A stretch of DNA of 64,000 bases from Treponema sp. (lineage in GTDB: Bacteria; Spirochaetota; Spirochaetia; Treponematales; Treponemataceae). Where the stretch lies: contig JAZLIM010000090.1 in NCBI GenBank assembly GCA_045617385.1, forward strand, positions 2,845-66,844, in the 5' to 3' direction. Shown here piece after piece: positions 37,079 through 47,348 of this stretch. Below the pieces are notes generated by a model that saw nothing but the letters and a program-made list of their open reading frames with translations, was not told where the DNA came from and ran no database searches. Both the position numbers and the translations under genes were made by a program. Positions within the stretch are counted from its first letter, which is position 1, and each line of letters opens with the position of its first letter.

Positions 37079-38416
37079 TTATCTTGTAAGATCTTTTACC
37101 CATTTATATTTTCTGAAATGTATAAGTACCCACGGAATTTTTCCAACTTCATCAAGACAGGTACAGGCGTAAACAACTACAACCGGCCAGTGAAAAACAA
37201 AAGTTCCAAGGGCAGCAAGAGGAACTGCAAGGCCCCACATGGTGATAGCAAGACTGTACATGTCAAAAAGAGTATCCCCTCCGGCGGCAAAGATTCCGTT
37301 AATAATAATGGAATTGACCGCACGCCCGATCATGTAAACCGTCATGACCACCATCATCTGGAAAAGGAAACTTGTAGCTCCGTCTGAAAGCTTTATGAAT
37401 TTTAAAACAACCGGAGTAAGTACATACATTAACACTGAAGAAAATGCGCCGCACACAAAAGCAATCTTTGCAATGCGGATTCCGTATTCCTTTCCTTTAT
37501 CAAGTTTTCCAGCTCCAAGCTCATGACCAACAATAATTCCTCCACCGCTTGCAAGCCCGTTACAAAGACAGCAAATAACATCGCGCACAATAGCGCAGAT
37601 TGAATTGGCTGCAGTTGCGTCTGTTCCAAGGTGGCCCATAAAAGCGGAATATGAAGTGAACCCGACTCCCCAGAGGAGGAATGCACCTAAAAGAGGAAGC
37701 CAGCACTTAAGGAAGTCGCGGAAAAGAAGTCTGTTTGATTTGAAAATATCGCGAAGATGAATGTGGATGTAATCCTTACGGTAAGACATGCCCACTGCAA
37801 GACAGAGCTCAACAATGCGTGCAATCAGAGTTGCAAGTGCTGCCCCCTTTACACCCATTGCAGGAATTCCAAAAAGCCCGAAAATGAAAACACCGTTCAG
37901 AACAATGTTCAGTACAACTGCTGTTGAACTGATTTTTGCTGTTGTGTCCGGATGATTCGTAATCTTCATAATTGCAAGGTAGCACTGTGATATTCCTGTA
38001 ATCAGGTAAGACCAGCCTGCAATCTTAAGATATTCAATTCCTATTCCAATTAAGACTTCTTCATTAGTAAAGACCGTCATCAAAGCCCGCGGGAAAAATA
38101 CGCAGGACACAAAAGCGATGATTCCAATAAGAGCGCAGATTCTGAAAGTAATACAGAAAACACTGTTCAGAGTTTTTCTGTCACCTTTACCAAAATACTG
38201 GGCTCCGAGAATTGCTGAACCTTCAACGGTTGCGCTCATGAACATATTCTGAACAAACTGAAACTGGGTTGCGAGTGAAACTGCAGCCATCATGTTCTGT
38301 TCAAGATTTCCAAGCATAAGAGAATCGGAAACTGCAACCAGGGCCAGCATCAGATTCTGAAAAGTGATCGGTAAAGCGGTCTTTATAAGTTTTGAATAAA
38401 ATTCCTTGTCTTTCAT
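37079..38416 (-). CDS. MATE family efflux transporter
   Basis: About 12 TM segments; NIVLNGVFIFGLFGIPAMGVKGAALATLIAR. Confidence 0.9.
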   Translation of the reverse strand: MKDKEFYSKLIKTALPITFQNLMLALVAVSDSLMLGNLEQNMMAAVSLATQFQFVQNMFMSATVEGSAILGAQYFGKGDRKTLNSVFCITFRICALIGIIAFVSCVFFPRALMTVFTNEEVLIGIGIEYLKIAGWSYLITGISQCYLAIMKITNHPDTTAKISSTAVVLNIVLNGVFIFGLFGIPAMGVKGAALATLIARIVELCLAVGMSYRKDYIHIHLRDIFKSNRLLFRDFLKCWLPLLGAFLLWGVGFTSYSAFMGHLGTDATAANSICAIVRDVICCLCNGLASGGGIIVGHELGAGKLDKGKEYGIRIAKIAFVCGAFSSVLMYVLTPVVLKFIKLSDGATSFLFQMMVVMTVYMIGRAVNSIIINGIFAAGGDTLFDMYSLAITMWGLAVPLAALGTFVFHWPVVVVYACTCLDEVGKIPWVLIHFRKYKWVKDLTR

Positions 38417-38422
38417 ATATAC

Positions 38423-41400
38423 CTATTTGATAAGTTTGCTTAATTTTTCGCGGATGAATTCAGACTTTTCTTTCAGGCCGATTGAACCAAGCTTGATGAA
38501 AATAAAATTCGGAGTTGCCGGATTCAGTCTGATATCCTTAGGATTTTCTGCAATGAGCTTAAGGATGCGGTCAACGGAAATATCAGAAACCTTTGCAAAC
38601 TCAACGGCAATTTCTCCGCGGCGTTCCTTGATCGACGCAATCTTGAGGTTACGGCAAAGAATACGAATTTCGGCCAGAGCAAGCAGGCTTGAAACCTCAT
38701 CAGGAATAGGACCAAAACGGTCGTCCAGTTCCGAAAGCACACTTTCAAATTCTTTGTTTGTCTGAACGGATGCAATCTTCTTGTAGATTTCCATTTTAAC
38801 CTGAGGATTCGTAACGTAAGAATCGGGAATGAATCCTGTGTATTCAAGTTCCATAAGAACTTCGTTCTGGGTTTCATCAAATTCTTTCTGGGCTGTAAGG
38901 CGGTTAACCGCTTCATTCAGAAGGCGCATGTAAAGATCAAAACCAACGGCATAAACTTCACCGCTCTGGTCTTTACCAAGAAGGTTCCCCGCTCCTCGGA
39001 TTTCCATATCTTTCATGGCAATCTTGAATCCGCTTCCAAGTTCCGTAAAGTCACTGATTACCTGAAGACGCTTCATGGCAACTTCCGAAAGGCTTTTGTT
39101 TTCCGGATACAGAAGATAAGCGTAAGCCTTTCTGTCGCTTCGGCCAACGCGGCCACGTAGCTGATAAAGCTGGGAAACTCCGTACATGTCGGCACGGTCA
39201 ATGATGATTGTATTAACGTTCGGAATATCAATTCCGTTTTCAATGATTGTAGTAGCTATGAGAACATGGAAGGCTCCCATCTTGAAGCGGTGGAAAATGT
39301 CATCAAGTTCATCGGCACTCATCTGACCGTGAGCCACATCAATAAGAACTTCAGGAACAATCTGTTCAAGTTTGCGTCTTACTTCCTGAAGGCTTTCAAC
39401 TCTGTTGTGCAGGTAGAAAATCTGACCGCCACGTTCAAGCTCGCGGCGAACGGCCATGGCAATTTTGTCGTCAGAGTATGCGTCAACAACAGTTTCAATA
39501 GGCTGGCGGTTCTGAGGCGGAGTTGTTAAAAGACTCATGTCGCGGATCTTTAAAAGGCTCATGTGAAGAGTACGCGGAATCGGAGTTGCCGACATGGTAA
39601 GACAGTCAACGTTGTTCTTTATTTCCTTAAGCTTTTCCTTGTCCTTTACGCCGAACCTCTGTTCTTCGTCTATGATCATGAGTCCAAGATTCTTGAACTT
39701 CACGTCTTTCTGAATGATTCTGTGGGTTCCAATAAGAATATCAACTTCGCCCATGGAAAGTTTCAGAAGAATTTTTTTCTGTTCTGCAGGAGTTACAAAA
39801 CGGCTCATATGTGCAATTTTCACAGGGAAATTCTTGAAGCGTTCCACACAGTTTTCGTAATGCTGCTCTGCAAGAATTGTTGTAGGAGCAAGGAAGGCAA
39901 CCTGTTTTCCGCCCATTACAGCCTTGAAGGCTGCACGCATGGCAATTTCAGTTTTTCCGTAGCCAACGTCTCCGCACACAAGGCGGTCCATAGGGACAGG
40001 TTTTTCCATGTCGTTCTTGATTTCTTCTGTCACCGAAATCTGGTCAGGAGTATCTTCGTAAGGGAATGCGGCTTCAAAAGCAGCCTGCCATTCAGTTTCA
40101 TGAGGGAATGCATATCCTACAGAAGCCTTGCGCCGTGAATAAAGTGCTATGAGTTTTTCAGCCAGATCTTCTACGGCCTGCTTAACCTTGTTCTTACGGT
40201 TTTCCCAAGACTTGCTTCCAATACGGTCAAGTCTCGGCTTTTCCCCTTCATTTCCAATATACCGCTGGATAAGGTTTACCTGTTCAATAGGAACAAAAGC
40301 GTATTCTTCTTCTGCATATTCAAGCTTGATGTAGTCGCGTTCGTTCCCCATGGCCTTTACGCGTTCAATTCCGTGGAAAAGCCCGATGCCCCAGTTTACA
40401 TGTACAACATAGTCTCCCGGGTTCAGTTCAACGAAAGTATCAATTGCCTTGCTTTTTGCCCGGGTTGTAGTCTTTGGAACATACTTTCTTCGCCCGAAAA
40501 TCTCGTTTTCCTGAATAACAAGCAGCTTGATTTCCGGAACCGAAAAACCTGCAGAAACTGCTTCAGGAATAACGTTTACCCTTACAGGAGTTCCGTCTTC
40601 ACCGGAAGTAAAATCCTTAAGGATTTCTTTAATTCTCAAAGACTGGTTTTCGTTGTCTCCGTAAATGAAAATACTCCAGCCGTCTTCGAAAAGCTTTGTA
40701 AATTCTTCTTTAAGGTAATTGATGTTTCCGAAAAAACTTCTTCCGCTTTCGCTTTCAAGCTTTATGCGGCGTCCGCCTGAAGGCAACTGTATACTTTTTG
40801 ATTCATTTTCAGAATTTTTATCAGCATCATCTTCAGCAAATGAGTCTTCTGTCTTTACAAGTGTCCTAAAAAAGATACTTTTTGAGATTTTTTCTATCTC
40901 TTTATAGAAATCATAAAGTATATAATCTGGTGGTAAAACAGGGCTTTCGTTACGCACCTTGCGGTACATTGAAGTGTATTCGCGGTTGATTGCAAGGCAG
41001 GCGTTCACCATCCTGTCATAGTCGGAAAAGAGCACAAAAGACGAAGGATCAAGATAATCAAAAATACTGTAATCCCTGTCCCAGAGGAGATTGTAGAAAT
41101 ACTCTTCTCCTTCGGCCTCCCCGGATCTTTCAAGGCTTTCAAGAATACTTTCTTTCTGTAAAAGAGCTGTTTCAGAAAAAGGAAGATGAACGTGTACGTT
41201 GTACTTCATAGGATCATCTTCATTGTGAATTGATTCAGCCTGGTATTTTTCAAGGCCTTCTTTTGCTTTTTCAATAAGTTCCGGAGTCCAGATAACTTCC
41301 CGCATTGGGTAAATGAGTACGCTCTGGATTTTTTCGTTCACCGTAATCTGTGCGTCAGGTTCAAAGTTCTTGATCTGTTCAATGGTATCAAAATCAAAAA

Positions 41401-42100
41401 TAAATCTTGTAGGGTATTCGTCACAAGGAAGGAAGATATCAAGAACTTCACCGCGAAGACTGAATTCTCCCTTAACCATTACGCGTGGAACTCTTGTGTA
41501 ACCAAGTTCCGAAAGCCGGCCGGCAATCTTAAGGGTATCAAAATTGTCGCCACAAGAAAGAGTAAAACTGTTTTTCTTTACGTATTCAGGAGGAACAAGG
41601 TGCGAAATAAAAACGTTCTGTGAAAGAATGAAAATTCGCGGAGTCTTTTTAAAATTGAAAGACTGGTTACGGCACAGAAGCTTAGCAAGAACGCCCATTC
41701 TTTCACCGAACACAACAGAACCTTTTCCTACCGGGCGGTAAGGCATTACACCATAGCCCGAAAGCGAATAGACTTCAGCTTCCGGAAAAACAGAAGCCAG
41801 GTCAGACTTAACGGATTCACATTCACGGTCGGTAGGAGCAACAATTACCAGGTCTGAAGAATACAGTTTTACAGAATCCCCTATCTCCTGTTTACGCGAA
41901 TTGTTGTATTGGGCAGCCTGAAGAATCTTTACATGATTTGACTTTGATATTTCGGATACAAGAAAACTGAAAAGAACTCCGTTTACCCCTTCAATATTAA
42001 CAGGAAATCCGGTTTCAGAAAAAAGAGAATCTACAGTTGTTTTAAGTTCACGCCATAAACCAAGTTTCTTTATTATGGAAGAAGATGATAATGATTTCAT
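38423..42100 (-). CDS. mfd: Transcription-repair coupling factor
   Basis: GDYVVH, MDRLVCGDVGYGKTE, IDEEQRFG, SATPIPRTL, QLRGRVGRS, DMEIRGAGN. Confidence 0.97.
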   Translation of the reverse strand: MKSLSSSSIIKKLGLWRELKTTVDSLFSETGFPVNIEGVNGVLFSFLVSEISKSNHVKILQAAQYNNSRKQEIGDSVKLYSSDLVIVAPTDRECESVKSDLASVFPEAEVYSLSGYGVMPYRPVGKGSVVFGERMGVLAKLLCRNQSFNFKKTPRIFILSQNVFISHLVPPEYVKKNSFTLSCGDNFDTLKIAGRLSELGYTRVPRVMVKGEFSLRGEVLDIFLPCDEYPTRFIFDFDTIEQIKNFEPDAQITVNEKIQSVLIYPMREVIWTPELIEKAKEGLEKYQAESIHNEDDPMKYNVHVHLPFSETALLQKESILESLERSGEAEGEEYFYNLLWDRDYSIFDYLDPSSFVLFSDYDRMVNACLAINREYTSMYRKVRNESPVLPPDYILYDFYKEIEKISKSIFFRTLVKTEDSFAEDDADKNSENESKSIQLPSGGRRIKLESESGRSFFGNINYLKEEFTKLFEDGWSIFIYGDNENQSLRIKEILKDFTSGEDGTPVRVNVIPEAVSAGFSVPEIKLLVIQENEIFGRRKYVPKTTTRAKSKAIDTFVELNPGDYVVHVNWGIGLFHGIERVKAMGNERDYIKLEYAEEEYAFVPIEQVNLIQRYIGNEGEKPRLDRIGSKSWENRKNKVKQAVEDLAEKLIALYSRRKASVGYAFPHETEWQAAFEAAFPYEDTPDQISVTEEIKNDMEKPVPMDRLVCGDVGYGKTEIAMRAAFKAVMGGKQVAFLAPTTILAEQHYENCVERFKNFPVKIAHMSRFVTPAEQKKILLKLSMGEVDILIGTHRIIQKDVKFKNLGLMIIDEEQRFGVKDKEKLKEIKNNVDCLTMSATPIPRTLHMSLLKIRDMSLLTTPPQNRQPIETVVDAYSDDKIAMAVRRELERGGQIFYLHNRVESLQEVRRKLEQIVPEVLIDVAHGQMSADELDDIFHRFKMGAFHVLIATTIIENGIDIPNVNTIIIDRADMYGVSQLYQLRGRVGRSDRKAYAYLLYPENKSLSEVAMKRLQVISDFTELGSGFKIAMKDMEIRGAGNLLGKDQSGEVYAVGFDLYMRLLNEAVNRLTAQKEFDETQNEVLMELEYTGFIPDSYVTNPQVKMEIYKKIASVQTNKEFESVLSELDDRFGPIPDEVSSLLALAEIRILCRNLKIASIKERRGEIAVEFAKVSDISVDRILKLIAENPKDIRLNPATPNFIFIKLGSIGLKEKSEFIREKLSKLIK

Positions 42101-42151
42101 TAAAAATATCCGATAATATATAAGAAGATAAAAATACTAAAGGAGTAAGCT

Positions 42152-43129
42152 TTGAAACTTATCCGCAAAATATTTACTATTATATCAATTCTTACAGTGT
42201 TCGGACAGTCGATTTTTGCTGAAGCAGCTGTTTCAGATTTTTCTAAAGCTTCTGTTTCAATCAAATACTATGACAGAACAATCTACTACCCGGATGAGAC
42301 TGATACAAATCCTGTAAATATCCACATTACAGTAAAAAACAACAGTGATGAAACTCTCCGCTTCAAGCTGGCCGATGACCGTGCTTTCTCCTGTGACTTC
42401 AATGTTTTCACAACAAAAAGCAGCCGTCTTGAACAGACAGAAAAACTGATCGAAAAAAGAACTACAAACACTACAGTTTACTTCAGAGAAATCTCCCTTG
42501 AAAAAGGCGAAGAATACTCTTTCGTTGAAAACCTTAAAGACTACGTAAAAATCAAGGATGCTTCAGTTTATTACGTTGAACTGCTTTTCTATCCTGAACT
42601 TTACAAATCAAGATACCTTTCGGCATCTTCAAACAGACTTACTCTTGAAATCCATCCTCCGGTATCTGCTTCTGCTGCCGGTTTTATTCCTGTAGAAAAC
42701 AACACAAAAGCTGTTCTTAAGCCAATGGAAATCAGCCCGGACAAAGTTGTTGAACAGACAATCATTGCACGCCAGAAATCTCTCTGGGACCAGTACTTCC
42801 TTTACATGGATATTCCCGCCCTTATGCAGAGAAACTCAGTTCTTAAACGCAAGTACATTTCAGTTTCTGCAGACGAAAGAATTAAAATGATTGAAAACTA
42901 CAAGATGGATCTTATGTCTTCAAGAATCGACAATGACATCATTGCAGTTCCTGAAAAATTCCAGATTGAAAAAACAACTTACACTCCTTCAGAAGGAACT
43001 GTTGTTGTTATCGAATGGTTCAAATATCCGAACTTCTCGGAAAAGAAAAGCTACACTTATAAAGTCCGCCAGTACGAAGGCATCTGGCAGATTTATGATT
43101 ACGTTGTAGTAAATCTTGGAACAGAATAA
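42152..43129 (+). CDS. Conserved exported hypothetical protein (spirochaete-type)
   Basis: Signal peptide ending IFA; AAGGAG RBS before TTG; NTF2-like C-terminal pattern (GIWQIYDY). Confidence 0.7.
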   Translation: MKLIRKIFTIISILTVFGQSIFAEAAVSDFSKASVSIKYYDRTIYYPDETDTNPVNIHITVKNNSDETLRFKLADDRAFSCDFNVFTTKSSRLEQTEKLIEKRTTNTTVYFREISLEKGEEYSFVENLKDYVKIKDASVYYVELLFYPELYKSRYLSASSNRLTLEIHPPVSASAAGFIPVENNTKAVLKPMEISPDKVVEQTIIARQKSLWDQYFLYMDIPALMQRNSVLKRKYISVSADERIKMIENYKMDLMSSRIDNDIIAVPEKFQIEKTTYTPSEGTVVVIEWFKYPNFSEKKSYTYKVRQYEGIWQIYDYVVVNLGTE

Positions 43130-43857
43130 TGAAAGCAATTATCATTTCAGACGAACAGAAAACAATTGATGCTCTTGATTCTTTCCTTACTGAAAGAAAC
43201 TTTGGCACCATTATTTACCGCTGGCTTCTGAAGGCACTGGACAATATTGAAGAAATCAGACCGGACCTGGTAATTGTCAGTGCAAATGAATATCCCCGTC
43301 ACTGGAAAACACTCACTCAGTTTGCCTCTTCCGGAATCGGGGGAAATTCTGCAAATGTTGTTCTTCTTTCTGCAATTCCTCTTTCTTCAGAAGAATCTGA
43401 CAAGGCTTTAGCCCTTGGAGTAAAAGGCTTTTTCTGCGGCCCTTCCGAAGAAGGTCTCCAGGAACTTAATGAAATTCTTGAAATGCTTTACCCTTCTTCC
43501 GCTGTTTCTCCTGTTACCGAATCTGAACCGGAAGAAACTGAAGAAGACGCTCTTCCAACTGTAGACGCAATTGTAACTGAACACGAAGTTACCTTTGACC
43601 TGGAATCAAGCACTCTGCTTTTCCTTAATCCAAAAAGCGGAAAAATGATTACAGGAAAAGTAATATCATATTCGTACAGAAACCAGTCTGTAGATTTCAT
43701 ACCAGAAGATTTCAATTCTGTAAAAGACCTGAACGAAAAAGATGTTCTTGAACCTGTTACTTTTGAAATTGACGGTCATGCAAAGAACTACAGAGGTTCC
43801 GTGATTTCAAAAACTGAAACTCTTTCGATTATTCTTGAAGAAGAATTAAATGGCTAA
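43129..43857 (+). CDS. Hypothetical protein with receiver-like N-terminus
   Basis: Coupled to the upstream gene (TAATG); KALDNIEEIRPDLVIVSA resembles a receiver fold. Confidence 0.6.
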   Translation: MKAIIISDEQKTIDALDSFLTERNFGTIIYRWLLKALDNIEEIRPDLVIVSANEYPRHWKTLTQFASSGIGGNSANVVLLSAIPLSSEESDKALALGVKGFFCGPSEEGLQELNEILEMLYPSSAVSPVTESEPEETEEDALPTVDAIVTEHEVTFDLESSTLLFLNPKSGKMITGKVISYSYRNQSVDFIPEDFNSVKDLNEKDVLEPVTFEIDGHAKNYRGSVISKTETLSIILEEELNG

Positions 43858-44236
43858 ATCTAAACTGAATTTACATAAAGCAAAGTTTTTCTGCGAAAAC
43901 TGCGGAGCTGAAGTTCCGCAGAATGCTAAGTTCTGCAGCACCTGCGGAAAGTTCTTTACATTCGTTCGCTGTCCGAACTGCCAGTACACCGGAGACGCAA
44001 AGATCTTTACAAACGGTTGTCCTGAATGCGGTTATGCTGTAAAAACAAAAATGGGCATGAGTTCTTCAAAATCTTCAGGTGAAGGTTCTTCAGGCTCTTC
44101 GTTTTTTGGAAGTCCTTTCTCCGGAAAATCCGGTAACAGAAATAACACCGGGGATTCTTCACTTCCCTTATGGATGTACATTGCAACAGCCGTCGTTCTT
44201 ATTGCAGTAATCTTTGGAGTATGGAGCTGTCTTTAG
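43850..44236 (+). CDS. Double zinc-ribbon membrane protein
   Basis: Four CxxC motifs (CENC, CSTC, CPNC, CPEC); Ser/Gly linker; C-terminal TM. Confidence 0.8.
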   Translation: MAKSKLNLHKAKFFCENCGAEVPQNAKFCSTCGKFFTFVRCPNCQYTGDAKIFTNGCPECGYAVKTKMGMSSSKSSGEGSSGSSFFGSPFSGKSGNRNNTGDSSLPLWMYIATAVVLIAVIFGVWSCL

Positions 44237-44264
44237 TTTTTTGAAAAATTAGCCCTGTTACCCT

Positions 44265-44293
44265 TTGACTAAAACAAGGCAATTTGATATATT
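44265..44293 (+). promoter_or_regulatory. sigma70 promoter of tRNA-Leu
   Basis: TTGACT-N17-TATATT. Confidence 0.6.
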
Positions 44294-44306
44294 ATATACA
44301 TTCCTC

Positions 44307-44390
44307 GCCCGGGTGGCGGAATTGGCAGACGCGCTAGGTTCAGGTCCTAGTGTTCGCAAGGACATAGGGGTTCAAGTCCCCTCTCGGGCA
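44307..44390 (+). tRNA. tRNA-Leu(CAG)
   Basis: Acceptor GCCCGGG/CTCGGGC, anticodon arm CTAGG-TT-CAG-GT-CCTAG, long variable arm, GGTTCAAGTCC T-arm; CCA not encoded. Confidence 0.96.
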
Positions 44391-44391
44391 T

Positions 44392-44418
44392 AAAGACTTC
44401 CATTTGGAAGTCTTTTTT
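44392..44418 (+). terminator. Terminator after tRNA-Leu (likely bidirectional)
   Basis: AAAGACTTCC-attt-GGAAGTCTTT followed by further Ts. Confidence 0.85.
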
Positions 44419-44454
44419 CATTTAACCCATTATTCCCTTTCAAATGGTTACTGT

Positions 44455-44489
44455 CCCTGAGGTTCCTGAGCTTGTCGAAGGGTCGAAGG
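44455..44489. repeat. Nested REP-like element CCCTGAG[..CCTGAGCTTGTCGAAGG]GTCGAAGG
   Basis: Same short element as at 59070, with one copy inside another. Confidence 0.7.
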
Positions 44490-44490
44490 A

Positions 44491-45222
44491 TCAAAGACTT
44501 ATTCGGACAGTTTCCCCTGTTTCAGGATGCGGGAATTCAAAAGCCACCGCTTCAAAAGCAATCTCATCAGTTGTTCCTTTTGTTCCGGCATTGTAGAGAG
44601 GATCGTTAAGAACCGGAAACCCGGCCCAGGCAAGATGGCAGCGAACCTGGTGTCTGTAACCCCTTACAATCCTGCACATTACTGTACACTTGTTTTCTTT
44701 TCTTGAAGTGATTTCTATACGGGTTTCATATTCTACAGGATTCTTAAGTTTTTTCAGGGCTGCTTTTCCCGAATTTTCAGTTACCGGCCTTACTTCCGTA
44801 CGGCCTTCTCCGTAAGGTCTGAAAAAGGATTTTGTAACTGCATTGTCATTACAAAATTCGGGAACTTCTTTTGGAAACCCTTCAAGTTTCAATGCATTGT
44901 CTGTACAAATGTCACATTCTGCACGGTAATATTTTACAAACTGCCCTTTAGACTGACATTCCTGAAAATAATCGTATGCACTTTGAGTGGTTGCAATAAG
45001 AATCAGGCCTGAAGTTACGGTATCAAGCCGGTGGACAAGTCCTTTTTCTATTTCTTTTTTTCCGTGAACAAGACCGATTTCTGGGTACAGTTCAAGCGCC
45101 TGAAAAAGAGCATTGTCCCTGTCCCCTTCAAAAACCGGTGCTGAAGGAAGTCCGTGAGGTTTATTTATTACAAGAAAAGGATTTTCCGAATCAGGTTTTC
45201 TTACAATTTCGATTTTTTTCAT
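44491..45222 (-). CDS. RluA-family pseudouridine synthase (no S4 domain)
   Basis: VINKPHG, LVHRLDTVTSG, GYRHQVRCHL, DPLY. Confidence 0.88.
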   Translation of the reverse strand: MKKIEIVRKPDSENPFLVINKPHGLPSAPVFEGDRDNALFQALELYPEIGLVHGKKEIEKGLVHRLDTVTSGLILIATTQSAYDYFQECQSKGQFVKYYRAECDICTDNALKLEGFPKEVPEFCNDNAVTKSFFRPYGEGRTEVRPVTENSGKAALKKLKNPVEYETRIEITSRKENKCTVMCRIVRGYRHQVRCHLAWAGFPVLNDPLYNAGTKGTTDEIAFEAVAFEFPHPETGETVRISL

Positions 45223-46172
45223 CTGTATAATTTCTTGAGCTTTTTCTGAACTTCAATAAAACGCTTCGGGGTTCTTGTTCTGAAAGACTTATATTCTTCG
45301 CTTCCCGGAATCTTGATTTTCATTCTATAGGAATGGAGCATCAGTGTAGCTTCCGGAAACTTTTTGTCGGGAGTATTGTAAATCACATCGCCAAGAATCG
45401 GGCAGCCTAAAAACTTCATGTGAACGCGGATCTGATGTGTTCTCCCAGTCTTTAGTCTTACACGAATGAGAGAATAATTTCCGTAAGTACTGATTACGTG
45501 GTAAATGGTAACCGCTGTTTTTCCTTCAGTGGTTCCTGTTACTGCCTTGAATCTCTTACGGTTTTTCGGGTCCCGTATGATCTGTGTTTTTATGACGCCT
45601 GCGTTTTCTTTCGGCTTTCCACAGACAACTACAATGTATTCTTTCTGAACCTTACGGTATGTAAACTGGTCATGAAGAAATTCTTCGCTCGCAGGATTTT
45701 TTGCAGTAATAATAAGGCCTGATGTGTCTTTATCGAGACGATGAATAATTCCGGGTCTTCTTCTTTCAAGTACTTCAGAAGTATTCCCTTCCTTGATCTG
45801 GGCAATAGACTCCCGGCCCCAGTGAAACAAAAGAGCATTCACAAGTGTCCCGTTCCAGTTTCCGCAGGCCGGATGAGTTACCATGCCCTGGGCTTTATTT
45901 ACAACCGTAACGTTTTCATCTTCGTAAACAATATCAAGAGGAATATCTTCAGGATCAATGTTATCGGGAATGTTGTCTTCCCACTGGATATCGATTCTGT
46001 CTTTTGCCTTAAGCTTCTGGGAAAGTTTTGCCTTCTTTCCGTTTATTGAAATTTCTGTAGCACCGCTTTTAAGCTTTGAACGGTTCATGGAATTGGGAAG
46101 AGACGCAATGTATTTATCAAGTCTTTCCGAAGCTGTGTAATCATCAGGAACAATGAAATTCAGAAACGGCAT
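45219..46172 (-). CDS. rluD: 23S rRNA pseudouridine synthase with S4 domain
   Basis: ERLDKYI, VVNKAQGMVTHP, RPGIIHRLDKDTSG, TGRTHQIRVH. Confidence 0.9.
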   Translation of the reverse strand: MPFLNFIVPDDYTASERLDKYIASLPNSMNRSKLKSGATEISINGKKAKLSQKLKAKDRIDIQWEDNIPDNIDPEDIPLDIVYEDENVTVVNKAQGMVTHPACGNWNGTLVNALLFHWGRESIAQIKEGNTSEVLERRRPGIIHRLDKDTSGLIITAKNPASEEFLHDQFTYRKVQKEYIVVVCGKPKENAGVIKTQIIRDPKNRKRFKAVTGTTEGKTAVTIYHVISTYGNYSLIRVRLKTGRTHQIRVHMKFLGCPILGDVIYNTPDKKFPEATLMLHSYRMKIKIPGSEEYKSFRTRTPKRFIEVQKKLKKLYR

Positions 46173-46645
46173 TATTCTTCCACCTTTTCAGAATTTGTTT
46201 CAGAAGGAAGCTGAATGCGTACAGCATCCGGATTTTCTGTAACGGGAATAATCTGTATGTCCTTTCCGTTTTCTTTTTTGATTCGTTTGTTTGAAACGCC
46301 CCGTTTTATAATACGGATAATAAGGTCGGTAAGCCCGATTCCAACACTGATTCCAAGCGATGTAAGAACAAGCCCCATCTGTTCGTCAGTAGAAAAATTT
46401 GAAGAAGAAGCAAAAGGAGTTGGAGAACCTGTTCCTTCAACAGCAAAACGGTAAGTGGAATAAGCAAGAGTTGAATCAAGCATTACAAATGGAAGTGAAC
46501 CCAAAGTCACAATTTCAAAGCGTCTTAAATCCAGAAGAGATTCCGGGAGTTCAGAAGTATCATAAGGTTCTGCTGTTTCTGCAAAACAGAAGGAATTGAA
46601 CAGGAGTGAGAAAACTAAAAGAAGAAAAACAAATCTCCGTTTCAT
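46172..46645 (-). CDS. Hypothetical membrane protein
   Basis: Signal peptide from MKRRFVFLL (ATG 46645); DLRRFEIVTLGSLPF; two hydrophobic segments. Confidence 0.7.
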   Translation of the reverse strand: MKRRFVFLLLVFSLLFNSFCFAETAEPYDTSELPESLLDLRRFEIVTLGSLPFVMLDSTLAYSTYRFAVEGTGSPTPFASSSNFSTDEQMGLVLTSLGISVGIGLTDLIIRIIKRGVSNKRIKKENGKDIQIIPVTENPDAVRIQLPSETNSEKVEE

Positions 46646-46646
46646 T

Positions 46647-47348
46647 CTAATATTTCCGCTCCCCAAAAATTGCAGTTCCAACACGAACAAGAGTTGAGCC
46701 TTCTTCGATTGCAGTTTCAAAGTCACCGGACATGCCCATAGAAAGTTCACACAAATCAAATGCCGGGAATTTGTTTTTCATGCGTTCTGAAACTTCTCTC
46801 AGTGTTATGAAAGATTTTCTTACAGCGTCTTTGTCTTCTGTAAACGGAGCCATGGTCATAAAACCTTTTGGAACAAGGTGCGCTGCATTCCCCTGTGCAA
46901 TATATTCCAGTGCTTCTTCAAGCTCAGCTTCAGAACCGAATCCGCTTTTTGATTCTTCCCCTGTATGAAGTTCAAGAAGAACTGTTATGGTCTTTCCGAT
47001 TTTTGCGCACTGCTTTTCAATTTCACGGATAAGTTTAAGGGAATCCACAGACTGAATGCAGGACGCAATCTTCACAGCCCCGGCAACCTTGTTTGTCTGA
47101 AGGTGCCCGATCATATGAACCTGTGCATCAGAAGATTTTTCAAAAACTCCAGGGAATTTCAGGCATGCTTCCTGAACATGATTTTCACCGAACAGTTTCT
47201 GTCCTGCATCAAGAGCTTCGTAAATTTCTTCCACCGGATGGAATTTACTTACGGCCATAAGTTTTACTTCCGCCGGATCTCTTCCGCATTTTTTACAAGC
47301 GTCGTTTATTCTGTTTTTTATTGTTTCAAGATTTGCACTGATACTCAT
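46647..47348 (-). CDS. yggS: PLP homeostasis protein YggS
   Basis: AVSK, FGEN, HMIGHLQTNK, LSMGMSGD, GSTLVRVGTAIFG. Confidence 0.95.
   Translation of the reverse strand: MSISANLETIKNRINDACKKCGRDPAEVKLMAVSKFHPVEEIYEALDAGQKLFGENHVQEACLKFPGVFEKSSDAQVHMIGHLQTNKVAGAVKIASCIQSVDSLKLIREIEKQCAKIGKTITVLLELHTGEESKSGFGSEAELEEALEYIAQGNAAHLVPKGFMTMAPFTEDKDAVRKSFITLREVSERMKNKFPAFDLCELSMGMSGDFETAIEEGSTLVRVGTAIFGERKY

Noticed and set aside
44307-44490. tRNA-Leu as an integration site for an island
   Set aside because: No integrase and no duplicated tRNA 3' end were seen, and the flanking genes are core.
44491-46172. Tandem RluA-family genes as a recent duplication
   Set aside because: They are highly divergent; multiple pseudouridine synthase paralogs are ordinary.
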